A stretch of 64,000 bases of DNA from a virus: positions 1 through 64,000 of the IMG/VR virus record IMGVR_UViG_3300025666_000003; one strand, 5' to 3'. How positions within the stretch are numbered: the first letter of the stretch is position 1; each line of letters opens with the position of its first letter. Under the pieces are notes generated by a model, which was given only the letters and a program-made list of their open reading frames with translations, did no database searches and was not told the DNA's origin. The translations under genes and the position numbers were made by a program. Below are positions 16,966 through 26,946 of the stretch, piece by piece.

Positions 16966-18141
16966 ATGAGCAACGTAAAATTAAATGTAGAAGAGCTTAA
17001 GGGATTCCTTAAGCATGTGATTAACAACAATCAGCATATCCAAAAGGAAGGTAAAATACCTACTGCTGTAAATATTGAAGGTGATGCAGGTCTTGGAAAG
17101 ACCTCAGGACTTATTCAATTGGCTGAAGAAATGAAAATGGATACTATTAAACTTAACTTATCACAAATTGAAGAATTAGGTGATTTAGTTGGATTTCCAT
17201 TTAAAGAATTTCTGATGCAAAGAGAAGATGGTAAGAAAGCTTGGGTACAAGAAACACTTATGCCAACATATATTAAGGCTAGATATAAGCCAATAGGTGA
17301 AAGTAGAATGAGTCATGCTGCTCCGGAATGGATTCAAGGCAAGACTGCAGGAGGTTTTCTAATTTTAGATGATTATACTAGAGCTGATCATAGATTTATG
17401 CAAGCTACAATGGAATTAATTGATAGACAAGAATATATTTCTTGGAGTCTTCCTGAAAATTGGCATATCTTTTTAACTACTAACCCAGACAATGGCGACT
17501 ATAATGTTACAGCATTAGATGTTGCTCAGAAAACTAGATTTATAACTACTGAAGTAAAGTTTGATGATAAAGTTTGGGCTAGATGGGCTGAAACTGTAGG
17601 TATTGATGGTAGATGTATTAACTTTTTACTCATGCATCCGGAATTAGTAACTGAAAAAGTTAATCCTAGAAGTATCACTACTTTCTTTAACTCAATTAGT
17701 TCTATTAAAGATTTTGAGTCTGAGCTTCCTTTAATCCAAATAATTGGAGAAGGTTCTGTGGGAAGTGAATTTTCAAGTATGTTTACAATGTTTATTAACA
17801 ATAAGTTAGATCAAATAATAAGTCCTCATGATGCAATGACAATTGCTGATGAAAAGAAAGTGATGATTGCATTAGATGATGCTATTGGAGCAGGAGACAG
17901 TTATAGAGCTGACATTGCAAGTATTATGATTACAAGATTGATTAATTATTCAATTACACATGCTTCTAAAGCTCCTGTAACTGATTCTATGGTGGAAAGA
18001 TTAGTTAAGTTTACAACTGATTGTATGTCTTTTACAGATGATCTGAAATATTATATGATTAAAGAAATAGTAAACGGGAATAAAGTAAAGTTTGCTAAAT
18101 TAATGATGCATAACTCTGTAGTCAAAATGGCTATAAAGTAA
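16966..18141 (+). CDS. MoxR-like AAA+ ATPase
   Basis: GDAGLGKT, GDLVGFP, ILDDYTRA, TTNP, AQKTRF; adjacent to the vWA gene. Confidence 0.85.
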   Translation: MSNVKLNVEELKGFLKHVINNNQHIQKEGKIPTAVNIEGDAGLGKTSGLIQLAEEMKMDTIKLNLSQIEELGDLVGFPFKEFLMQREDGKKAWVQETLMPTYIKARYKPIGESRMSHAAPEWIQGKTAGGFLILDDYTRADHRFMQATMELIDRQEYISWSLPENWHIFLTTNPDNGDYNVTALDVAQKTRFITTEVKFDDKVWARWAETVGIDGRCINFLLMHPELVTEKVNPRSITTFFNSISSIKDFESELPLIQIIGEGSVGSEFSSMFTMFINNKLDQIISPHDAMTIADEKKVMIALDDAIGAGDSYRADIASIMITRLINYSITHASKAPVTDSMVERLVKFTTDCMSFTDDLKYYMIKEIVNGNKVKFAKLMMHNSVVKMAIK

Positions 18142-18159
18142 ATTATATATATTAACCTA

Positions 18160-18190
18160 AAAAGGGCTGGTTTGATATCCCAGCCCTTTT
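18160..18190 (+). terminator. Rho-independent terminator
   Basis: AAAAGGGCTGG/CCAGCCCTTTT. Confidence 0.75.
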
Positions 18191-18203
18191 ATAAATTAAA
18201 AGA

Positions 18204-19994
18204 ATGAGACAAATATTACATATTGAATTAAACTTAGCTGATAGTGACTTTTGGAGTTCACATGATATATCAGATTTAGAAATTACAAGTACTGTACAAC
18301 TTTCACTTCAAGAAAAGTATGAGTATACAACTCAACAAACTGTTGAAGATTCTATATTAACCATTACAGAACAAGAATACGTACCTAATGATAAAGATAA
18401 GTTATATTTTTTACCAGGTGTAAGTGTACCAAGAATTAAATTAAAAGATTTAGCAACAACTAGAGGTATTAAAACAACAAGAAAGATTGAAGATGCTAAT
18501 GCAATTTTTGCATCTAGAGCAACTATAGGTAAACTTACAGAAAATACTTGGAGAAATTATTATAAAACTGAAGATGTTAAAGCTTTTGTAGAAGCTGGTA
18601 AAGATTATTTTGACAGCTTTGATTATGGTAAACTTATGACTGCACTTGAATTTTATACTGAAGATATTATAACTACTGATTATAGTGGAGTGAGGATTTT
18701 TTCAAATGAATACATTCCTTTTGCAATAAAAGTTGAAAATTCAAATGAAAGGTTTCTATTAATTAAAGAAGAAAATTCAGAAGTATGTATAGCTTTAGAA
18801 AGTAGTCAAATAGCTACTATTTATGATGAATCAAAAATATTAGCACACGTTAATGGAGACAATTGTGTAACTATTGATCATGATATGTATATTAATTTAC
18901 ATGATATGTTTGAAAGTAGTGACAGTGATAATCATATATTAGCAATGGAGATAATGGCCAATTCAAATTATATTGAAAGCTTGTTGTATATTGAAATGTT
19001 ATTTATGAATCATTCTCATCAAATGGATAGAAAAGAGAAGAATCATGTAAATTTTAAATCTTTACTCGCTTATTTAAAGAAAGATAAAAGTTATATGAGT
19101 ACTGACTTAGATAAAGTAATGTTATCTCTAAGAGAAAAAGGTATATTTACAAGAGAAAATGTAGAAAAGTTAATGGATTATGAAGCTAAGAAGCATCTAT
19201 CACTTAGTGGATCTTATACTTATTTTTCAATAAAATCTGTATCTTTAAAACCTGAATACTTATCAGAAATTAAGTCTGATCTTGACTTTATACTTCAGGA
19301 TGATTATGTTCCAGTTATTGAAGAAGCACCAACTTTTGATAATACAACAGTTGATGATCAAGAAGAGCTAGAAGAAACTCCTCCAACTATGGAAGAGACT
19401 TATGACTTAGTAGAAGAACAACAAGCTGAAGAATTTGGTGAAATTACTGAAGAAGTTTCCGAAACAATTAGCAAGGATGTCGAGGAAGAATTAGCAGAGG
19501 AGCCTGTAGATTTTGCAGCATTGGCTAATAAATATACATCCGAATCTGATGAGCCGGCCATGGAAGTGGTTGATCCTAAATCTCCAGAAGAATTAGCTGA
19601 GATTGCTAATGCAGCATTTGACGAAACGGGTGTTATTGTTCATACTAAAACCCTTACAAAGGAGGAATGTATTGAAGAGTATGGTGAATTTCTTGACCCA
19701 AAGCAGAGAGAAGCAATTCTTGATGCTGGTTCTAAGATTAAGGAGCCTGTTCCAATCATAGCTCCTACAATAAATCTTCCTGAAGAAAATAATCATCAAG
19801 ATGCATTAGATAAAGCATCCGAAAAAAGTTCAGAAGAATTTATTGAATATCCTGAAATAACTGATGAAGAAGCTGAACATAACATTAAAGCTCAAGAAGA
19901 AATTGATATGATTGAAAATGAAGAAATCATTGAAGAAAGAGAAGCAGATGATATGATTGTAGAACAACATAAATTTGATGAATATGACCTTTGA
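18204..19994 (+). CDS. Hypothetical protein with a long acidic C-terminal region
   Basis: 596 aa; last roughly 230 aa very Glu/Asp-rich; shares a motif with the 15226 product. Confidence 0.8.
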   Translation: MRQILHIELNLADSDFWSSHDISDLEITSTVQLSLQEKYEYTTQQTVEDSILTITEQEYVPNDKDKLYFLPGVSVPRIKLKDLATTRGIKTTRKIEDANAIFASRATIGKLTENTWRNYYKTEDVKAFVEAGKDYFDSFDYGKLMTALEFYTEDIITTDYSGVRIFSNEYIPFAIKVENSNERFLLIKEENSEVCIALESSQIATIYDESKILAHVNGDNCVTIDHDMYINLHDMFESSDSDNHILAMEIMANSNYIESLLYIEMLFMNHSHQMDRKEKNHVNFKSLLAYLKKDKSYMSTDLDKVMLSLREKGIFTRENVEKLMDYEAKKHLSLSGSYTYFSIKSVSLKPEYLSEIKSDLDFILQDDYVPVIEEAPTFDNTTVDDQEELEETPPTMEETYDLVEEQQAEEFGEITEEVSETISKDVEEELAEEPVDFAALANKYTSESDEPAMEVVDPKSPEELAEIANAAFDETGVIVHTKTLTKEECIEEYGEFLDPKQREAILDAGSKIKEPVPIIAPTINLPEENNHQDALDKASEKSSEEFIEYPEITDEEAEHNIKAQEEIDMIENEEIIEEREADDMIVEQHKFDEYDL

Positions 19995-20985
19995 TCCACA
20001 ATTAGAAAAGTTTTATGAAGAAGATTTTTTCTTTAGCTATTCTGGAATTAATAAGTTACTCTTTTCACCAGGAGTGTTTTATAATCATTATGTATTAAAA
20101 GAAAGAGAAGATAGTGTAGATGCTCACCTAGTTGCAGGTAGAGCATTACATTGTATGCTATTAGAGAATGATACTTTTTCGGATCAATTTTTAATAACAC
20201 CCGGAAAGATTCCTACAGGAAATAGTAGGATTATTGTTGATGCTTGTTATAAAGCATTTGAAAATCAACCAGACACAGATTTAGAGCTTACTGATTTTGA
20301 ACAAGTTATATTAGATACATTGTTATCTCTTGACTTACATCAAAAACTCAAAACTGACGAGCAGAGAGTTGAAAAGATGACTATTGATTTAAATAAAGAC
20401 TATTTTAAGTATCTGAAATCTAGAAATGGTAAGGCCCTTATTGGTCAAGAAATGTATGATGATTGTAAAACCTCATTGGAATATTTAAAAGCTAATGATA
20501 AAGTTACATCATTACTTCAATCAGGAGTAAAGAGTACTTTAGAATTTAAAGTATTAAATGAGCAACTTTTACAAATGGATTTGGATACACATACTTTTGG
20601 ATTAAAAGGAATAGTAGACAATATAGTTATTGATTACATTAACAAAAGAGTATTTGTTAATGATCTTAAGACAACAGGTAAATCTATACAAGATTTTGAT
20701 AAATCTGTTGAATTTTACAATTACTGGATACAAGCAGTGATATACAAAAAGCTAACAATAGCAAATTATCTGAAAAACCAAGCAGACATAGAAGATTGGA
20801 CAGTACATGTTACATTTATCGTTATAGATAAATTTAATCAAGTTTATCCATTCCAGGTATCTGCTAAAACGCTGACTAAATGGGAAGCACAGTTTGAAGA
20901 TATATTAGTAGAAATAGATTATCACTATACTAATAAAGATTATACACTTCCTTATAAGTTGGCACAAGGCAATTTTAAACTTTAA
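19975..20985 (+). CDS. PD-(D/E)XK exonuclease (RecE/Cas4-like)
   Basis: SYS, GRALH, E...KGIVDN...NDLKTT, YWIQAVIY; true start may be ATG 19978 or 19984. Confidence 0.85.
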   Translation: MMNMTFDPQLEKFYEEDFFFSYSGINKLLFSPGVFYNHYVLKEREDSVDAHLVAGRALHCMLLENDTFSDQFLITPGKIPTGNSRIIVDACYKAFENQPDTDLELTDFEQVILDTLLSLDLHQKLKTDEQRVEKMTIDLNKDYFKYLKSRNGKALIGQEMYDDCKTSLEYLKANDKVTSLLQSGVKSTLEFKVLNEQLLQMDLDTHTFGLKGIVDNIVIDYINKRVFVNDLKTTGKSIQDFDKSVEFYNYWIQAVIYKKLTIANYLKNQADIEDWTVHVTFIVIDKFNQVYPFQVSAKTLTKWEAQFEDILVEIDYHYTNKDYTLPYKLAQGNFKL

Positions 20986-20988
20986 ACA

Positions 20989-21555
20989 ATGAAGCCAACA
21001 ACAATTTATAAAAAGTATTTTCAAAAATCTAAGATTTTCTTATATCCTCTCTTAGATATTAAACGAGGCACTAGTGTTACTCCTACTCAAACTTACATGG
21101 GTTGGGAAGGATACTATGAACCTAAGGATATGAAATTGATTGCAATGTATCATGTTAGAGAAGATTTTGAATTTCTTAATTTTAATAAGAATGTTCTTCT
21201 TAAACATAGTAGATTATCTGATTGTATTTCTATAGATAACGAAACTACTTTATATTCATTTGACTTTTCTGATATGGAAGAAGAGTGGAATTTATTTATA
21301 GAAGGTAGCTATAGTAAAATGGATTCAAAAATAAAATATAAAATACGTGATTTTTTTGAAAAAGATAGTGGTAATTACATGTATGTAGATAGCTATTTAT
21401 TTCCAGAAAGGTATTTTGAAATATACTCAGATTTATTGGGAACAACTGAAAAACAACTTAGGGCTGTTGGAGAATTATGTACTCCTCCGGATTTAAATAA
21501 AGAAACTTTAATTGCGGAGCCTGAAAATTTGGAAAAAACAAAAATTCTGAATTAA
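20989..21555 (+). CDS. Conserved hypothetical protein
   Basis: 188-aa ORF; KSKIFLYPLL...GSYSK...VGELC. Confidence 0.75.
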   Translation: MKPTTIYKKYFQKSKIFLYPLLDIKRGTSVTPTQTYMGWEGYYEPKDMKLIAMYHVREDFEFLNFNKNVLLKHSRLSDCISIDNETTLYSFDFSDMEEEWNLFIEGSYSKMDSKIKYKIRDFFEKDSGNYMYVDSYLFPERYFEIYSDLLGTTEKQLRAVGELCTPPDLNKETLIAEPENLEKTKILN

Positions 21556-21577
21556 TTTGTATAACAAAAATTAAAAT

Positions 21578-21997
21578 ATGTCAAAAATTAACATAGAAGC
21601 TTCAATGCTTTTAATTTCAACAACCTGGCAAGATGAGCCTTCATTTAAAATGATTCCAATAAGTGAATCATGTCCTTATGTGGAGTGTTTATTTGATCCG
21701 GGAAGTAAAACATTTGTAATAATTTCTAAAACTATTAAAACATCATTTCATATGATGCCTAAACTTGATGACATGGGTGACCCTACTGTACTTAAAACTG
21801 GGAAAAGACCAAATGGTAAAGTTATAAAAGAGCAAAGAGTTTCTCTTGATACTTTTCAAGAACATTATGTAGCAGACATGGAAGATGCAAAAGCAATTAT
21901 AAAAATATTTGCTGTAAATGAAGCTGACTTTGAGTATGCAACTATAGTAGATAAGCCTGCAATTAAGGCTAAGACACCAAGTGCATTAATTACATAA
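21578..21997 (+). CDS. Conserved hypothetical protein
   Basis: 139-aa ORF followed by a terminator. Confidence 0.75.
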   Translation: MSKINIEASMLLISTTWQDEPSFKMIPISESCPYVECLFDPGSKTFVIISKTIKTSFHMMPKLDDMGDPTVLKTGKRPNGKVIKEQRVSLDTFQEHYVADMEDAKAIIKIFAVNEADFEYATIVDKPAIKAKTPSALIT

Positions 21998-22000
21998 AGA

Positions 22001-22025
22001 AAAAGGGGTGTAAAAAGCCCCTTTT
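22001..22025 (+). terminator. Rho-independent terminator
   Basis: AAAAGGGGT/GCCCCTTTT. Confidence 0.65.
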
Positions 22026-22034
22026 AATTTAAAT

Positions 22035-24029
22035 ATGAAAACGCACTGGGTACATGATTATGAAACTATATCAAATTGTTTTGTAGCTGTATTCATCAGT
22101 ATTAAATCTGATGATAATAGAATCTTTGTTGTTCATGATCTTAGAAATGATCTTGATGAATTTATAGAATTTCTTAAACAAAATGTCCTTCATGATGAAT
22201 GGCATTTATCATATAATGGTTTGGCTTTTGATGGTCAGATAACTCAATACATTATAGATCACGCTGAATCTCTTATGATGATGAGTGGTTGTGAAGTAGG
22301 AGAGTGGATATATGATAAAGCACAGAAAGTTATAAATATAAAAAATAGTGGAGAATTTTTAGATTACAGTGAAAGAACTATGGATATACACCAGATTGAT
22401 TTATTTAAATTAAATCATTGGGACAATCCTGCAAAAAGATCAAGTCTGAAATGGATAGAGTACACAATGGATTGGAACAACATAATGGATATGCCAATTC
22501 ACCATAGTACTGAAATTACTACACATGACCAGATTGATGATATAATTAAATATTGTATTAATGATGTTGAAGCTACTAAGAATATAATGAAACTTAGTAA
22601 AAAACATATAGCACTAAGAAAAACACTAACTGATGAATATAATATTCCATTATTTAGTGCATCAGAACCAAGAATTTCCAAAGAATTGTTTTTACATTTT
22701 TTAAGTCAAAAAACTGGTATAAAGAAATGGGAACTAAAACAACTTAGAACAAAAAGAGAAAAGATTGTTATTAATGATATTCTATTAGATTATATAGACT
22801 TTAAAACTGCAACTTTTCAGAAGTTACATAAAAGATTTAAAGAAGTAATCGTATATCCTGATCAAACTAAAGGAGGTTTTAAATATTCTATTCAATATAA
22901 TGGAGTAAAAACTGATTTTGGTCTTGGTGGTTTACATGGTGCTATAGAAAAAGGAGTTTACAAATCTGATAAAGACAATATTATTATGTCTTCAGATGTT
23001 GTAAGTTATTATCCTAGACTTGCCATTGTTAATGAATGGGCCCCAGCACATCTTCCTAAAAAAGAATTTTGTGAACAATACGAATGGTTCTTTAATGAAA
23101 GAAGAAAGATATCTAAAAAAGATATTAGAAACTATGTATATAAGATTATTTTGAATAGTACGTATGGATTAAGTAATGATAAACATAGTTTTCTATATGA
23201 TCCTGAATTTACTATGAAGATTACTATGAATGGACAACTAAGCTTGTGTATGCTTTATGAGATGATAATGGAAAATATTCCAGGAGCTGTTCCATTAATG
23301 CAAAATACAGATGGTGTAGAAACTATTATCCCAAGAGAATACATTGAAAAATATAATGAAATTTGCAATGAATGGGAAAAGCTAACTAATCTTGAATTAG
23401 AACACACTACGTATAGTAAAATGATTATTGCTGATGTAAATAATTACATTGCTGTGTATGATTATAAAGAAGTTAACGAAGAGATCTTTAATGCAATGAA
23501 AGAGGAAAACCCTTTTGATTTGTTTAAAGTAGAGGATGATAAATTTTATTATGCTGGTACTAAATGTACTGGAATGAGATTTGATTTCCATAATCTAGCC
23601 TTACATAAGAATAAAAGTTTCTTAGTAACTCGCAAAGCTCTTTTTAACTACTTTGTACATGGTACGGATCCTAAAGATTATCTGAAAACAAACACTAATA
23701 TATATGATTTCTGTGGAGGAGTTAAAATAAAAGGTGATTGGGAATTTCAAAAAGAATTTATTAAAGATGGTGCATTTGTTGAAGAAAAACTTCAAGATAC
23801 CTTAAGATATTATATATCAAATAGAGGTTCAAAGATTATCAAATGTAATAAGCTTGACGGTAGAAGAACTCAAGTTGAAGCTGGCAGATGGTTACAAACA
23901 CCTTTTATAAGTTATGTTGACAAACCATTTGATGAATATGATATTAACTATGATTACTATTTAAATAAGGTTAACAAAGTGTTACACTCTGTTGAACCAA
24001 TTATTAACCAACTTAAATTAGAATTTTAA
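22035..24029 (+). CDS. polB: Family B DNA polymerase with 3'-5' exonuclease
   Basis: ExoI DYET, ExoII YNGLAFD, ExoIII YCIND; motif A SDVVSYYP, motif B KIILNSTYG, motif C NTDG. Confidence 0.92.
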   Translation: MKTHWVHDYETISNCFVAVFISIKSDDNRIFVVHDLRNDLDEFIEFLKQNVLHDEWHLSYNGLAFDGQITQYIIDHAESLMMMSGCEVGEWIYDKAQKVINIKNSGEFLDYSERTMDIHQIDLFKLNHWDNPAKRSSLKWIEYTMDWNNIMDMPIHHSTEITTHDQIDDIIKYCINDVEATKNIMKLSKKHIALRKTLTDEYNIPLFSASEPRISKELFLHFLSQKTGIKKWELKQLRTKREKIVINDILLDYIDFKTATFQKLHKRFKEVIVYPDQTKGGFKYSIQYNGVKTDFGLGGLHGAIEKGVYKSDKDNIIMSSDVVSYYPRLAIVNEWAPAHLPKKEFCEQYEWFFNERRKISKKDIRNYVYKIILNSTYGLSNDKHSFLYDPEFTMKITMNGQLSLCMLYEMIMENIPGAVPLMQNTDGVETIIPREYIEKYNEICNEWEKLTNLELEHTTYSKMIIADVNNYIAVYDYKEVNEEIFNAMKEENPFDLFKVEDDKFYYAGTKCTGMRFDFHNLALHKNKSFLVTRKALFNYFVHGTDPKDYLKTNTNIYDFCGGVKIKGDWEFQKEFIKDGAFVEEKLQDTLRYYISNRGSKIIKCNKLDGRRTQVEAGRWLQTPFISYVDKPFDEYDINYDYYLNKVNKVLHSVEPIINQLKLEF

Positions 24030-25324
24030 TGGCAACAAGAATCAAAAATACTACAAGAGAATATCTTGGTAGTGTTGAATTACCTGTATACTCTGATACG
24101 TATACTGTAATTTCACATGAATACATTATGGAAAATACACTAGAGCAGCTTGGATTAGCTGGCTTTGGTGTAAGTGATGCATCTTATAGATGTACAGCAG
24201 ATGGTAATATTGCTCAAGGGCTTTATTATCTGACATACAAAAGTGATCCTGATATTGGGATGATGTTTGCATGGTCAAACAGTTACAATAAACAAATGCG
24301 TTTCAAATGTGCAATGGGAGGACATGTATTTGTTTGTTTAAATGGTATGCTTACAGGGGATATGGGTTCTTGGAATAGAAAACATACAGGAACTGCTGAC
24401 CAAGAAGCAAAAGATGCAATAATTGATCAAGTTAGTAATGCACAAGTATACTATGATCAACTAGTATCTGATAAAGATAAAATGAAAGCTGTTCTTCTTA
24501 GTAAAAAAGAACAAGCGGGTCTGTTAGGGATTTTATTTGCACAATATGGTGTAATTACTACTGAGCAAGCATCTATTATAAAACAACAGATGGATAAGCC
24601 AGGGTTTAATTATAATGCAGATAAGAATAGTTTATGGGCGTTTTACAATCATGCTACATTAGCTCTTAAAAAGTCACATCCGAGAACATGGATGGAAGAT
24701 CAAAGAACTTTACATGCATTTATATCCATGGAGTTTGATTTATATAATTTTGATCCTACAGCAGTTGTTGAAGAAGATGTTACAGAAGGTGAAATAATTG
24801 ATCCTGCTCAAACTAATCTATTAGACCAGATTAAAGAGATTGAATCTGATGAATTAGAATTGCCACAAGCACCTAGTTCTCAAGTTGATGTTCATGAAGA
24901 AAGTTTAAATGAACCATTTGATCATACAACTGAAATTGATTCAGACGGTGAAGAGAAATTATTATTAATTGATAAACAAGAAGGTGATGTTTATGTAGGA
25001 CCTTCACCAGATGTTGTAGAACCTAAAATTATTTTAACTAATTCTATACCAGATATTGCAGAAGTAAATACTCCCTTCGGTAGAGCTGACTCTAACCAGA
25101 CAGAGGATATATTATCAAATACAAAAGATGAAAATGCGACACCAGAAGGAATGGATTTATTTTCAGAAAATGCAAATAGAAATAGAGATGGAAATCTTGA
25201 AACTGAAAAAAATTATGATATAAAATCAGAATTAAATAAAGAAGTAAAATCAGAAATAATTAAAGAAAATTTTGAATTTACTGATGATGATAATGATGAT
25301 ATACCATTAAATTTTGACTTATAG
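24029..25324 (+). CDS. DUF932-like domain protein with an acidic tail
   Basis: NSYNK...VFVCLNG...RKHTG...SLWAFYN..T pattern; C-terminal roughly 190 aa acidic. Confidence 0.7.
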   Translation: MATRIKNTTREYLGSVELPVYSDTYTVISHEYIMENTLEQLGLAGFGVSDASYRCTADGNIAQGLYYLTYKSDPDIGMMFAWSNSYNKQMRFKCAMGGHVFVCLNGMLTGDMGSWNRKHTGTADQEAKDAIIDQVSNAQVYYDQLVSDKDKMKAVLLSKKEQAGLLGILFAQYGVITTEQASIIKQQMDKPGFNYNADKNSLWAFYNHATLALKKSHPRTWMEDQRTLHAFISMEFDLYNFDPTAVVEEDVTEGEIIDPAQTNLLDQIKEIESDELELPQAPSSQVDVHEESLNEPFDHTTEIDSDGEEKLLLIDKQEGDVYVGPSPDVVEPKIILTNSIPDIAEVNTPFGRADSNQTEDILSNTKDENATPEGMDLFSENANRNRDGNLETEKNYDIKSELNKEVKSEIIKENFEFTDDDNDDIPLNFDL

Positions 25325-25332
25325 AGTCAACT

Positions 25333-25362
25333 AAAGAGGGAGGTTTTAAACTTCCCTCTTTT
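25333..25362 (+). terminator. Rho-independent terminator
   Basis: AAAGAGGGAGG/CTTCCCTCTTT followed by T. Confidence 0.7.
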
Positions 25363-25388
25363 ACTTTAAATAATTAAAAACAAATAAA

Positions 25389-25673
25389 ATGACAGAAATT
25401 AGTTTTACACCATTAGGTACAAGAGTTATTATAGAACCTAAAGAAATTGAAAAAACAACGAGTGGAGGATTAATCATTCCTGATGCATCTAGGCAACAAT
25501 TACCAGTAGGTATTGTTCTTGCTGTAGGACCAGGAAGAGATGGTGAATCTACAACAGTTAAAAGAGGTGATCTTGTATTATACCGTGAAGGTGCTGGTTC
25601 ACCTACTGTATTAGATGAAGGAACTTTTCTTATGATGAGTGAAAGTGAAATTTACGGAATTTTTAAATCATAA
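25389..25673 (+). CDS. groES: Co-chaperonin GroES
   Basis: PLGTRVII, TSGGLIIPD mobile loop, VLAVGPG, VKRGD.V, ESEI.G. Confidence 0.9.
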   Translation: MTEISFTPLGTRVIIEPKEIEKTTSGGLIIPDASRQQLPVGIVLAVGPGRDGESTTVKRGDLVLYREGAGSPTVLDEGTFLMMSESEIYGIFKS

Positions 25674-25675
25674 AT

Positions 25676-25861
25676 GTGGGAAAAGCTTTTAGATTAAAAC
25701 ATAATCTTTTAAGTCTACCAACTAATGTACAAATCGGTCATAAAAATATGACTTACTGTACTGAAGAAGAAGCTTTAAAAAATATTGAGTACTCCATAAA
25801 AGATTTAAAAGGAGATGAATTAAAAATATTAAATGGTAAATATGAAAGAAAGCATAATTGA
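25676..25861 (+). CDS. Possible small hypothetical protein
   Basis: 61-aa GTG-start ORF filling the gap between groES and the ligase; start uncertain. Confidence 0.35.
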   Translation: MGKAFRLKHNLLSLPTNVQIGHKNMTYCTEEEALKNIEYSIKDLKGDELKILNGKYERKHN

Positions 25862-26930
25862 TTTTTCAAAAAAAATTTATAAAAAAGACTCTAAAAATAA
25901 AATTAGAGTATTACACGTATATACAGACGGAGCTGATTTAATTCAAAAATCTGGATTAGTTGATGGAAATTTAATTGAACATCGTAATACATGTGTTGGG
26001 AAAAATATTGGTAAATCTAATGAAACATCATCTATACAACAAGCAAAGTTAGAAGCTCAAAGTAAAATTGAAACAAAAATGACTACTGGTTATTTTGATA
26101 GTATTGAAAAAGCTGAATCTGAAACAGTGATTCTTCCTATGCTTGCTAAAGATTATAAGAAAGAATTACATAAAGTAACATTTCCTTGTTATATACAACC
26201 TAAATTAGATGGTATGAGAGCATTGGCTCAAGATAATATCTTTAGTCCAATCATTTCAAGAAAAGGAAAGAAAATAGATACTATGGCCCATATTGAAGCC
26301 AATGTTAGTAATCTTGAAACTGAATATACATTAGACGGTGAACTATATGCACATGGTTTAAGTTTTCAAGATAATATGAGATTGATTAAGAAATATCGTC
26401 AAGGAAAAACTGAAACTGTTAAATATCACGTATATGATATTATATCTGATAAGCCTTTTAATGAAAGATTTGCAATATTAAGGGAACTTATAGTAAATTG
26501 TGCTGATATTGAATTAGTTCCTACTTATCACATTATTGATGAAACTGAGCTGAAAAAATTTCATGTAAAATTTATTAATGCTGGTTATGAAGGAACAATT
26601 ATAAGACACAGTAACGCAGGATACAGTATTAATAAAAGAGATAGTCAATTATTAAAGTATAAAGATTTTATTGATGAAGCGTATGAAGTTATAGATATCT
26701 TGCCTAGTGATAAGAATCCAGATCAAGGTGTTGTACACTGTACTATTGGTGGTGGATATCCAAATGTGACTTTTGGTTGCGGAATGAAGTTTTCTCATAA
26801 AGAACGTGAAGATATTTTAGCAAATAAAGATCATTACATTGGTCAAACAGCTGAGATCCGTTTCTTTGAGTATACTGATGATGGATTACCAAGATTTCCT
26901 GTATGTCACGGATTTAGATTAGATAAATAA
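25833..26930 (+). CDS. lig: ATP-dependent DNA ligase
   Basis: PMLA, QPKLDG.R, LDGELY, YHVYD, EGTIIR, LLKYK, PRFP. Confidence 0.92.
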   Translation: MVNMKESIIDFSKKIYKKDSKNKIRVLHVYTDGADLIQKSGLVDGNLIEHRNTCVGKNIGKSNETSSIQQAKLEAQSKIETKMTTGYFDSIEKAESETVILPMLAKDYKKELHKVTFPCYIQPKLDGMRALAQDNIFSPIISRKGKKIDTMAHIEANVSNLETEYTLDGELYAHGLSFQDNMRLIKKYRQGKTETVKYHVYDIISDKPFNERFAILRELIVNCADIELVPTYHIIDETELKKFHVKFINAGYEGTIIRHSNAGYSINKRDSQLLKYKDFIDEAYEVIDILPSDKNPDQGVVHCTIGGGYPNVTFGCGMKFSHKEREDILANKDHYIGQTAEIRFFEYTDDGLPRFPVCHGFRLDK

Positions 26931-26946
26931 CTTAAATATTAATTAA

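Noticed and set aside
18400-18520. BRCT-like domain in the 596-aa protein
   Set aside because: Only a loose resemblance (LYFLPG...GIKTTRKIEDANAIF); cannot be supported without a profile search.
10452-24029. Inteins or introns in DnaB, primase or PolB
   Set aside because: The genes are compact with contiguous motifs and no splice-junction or homing-endonuclease signature.
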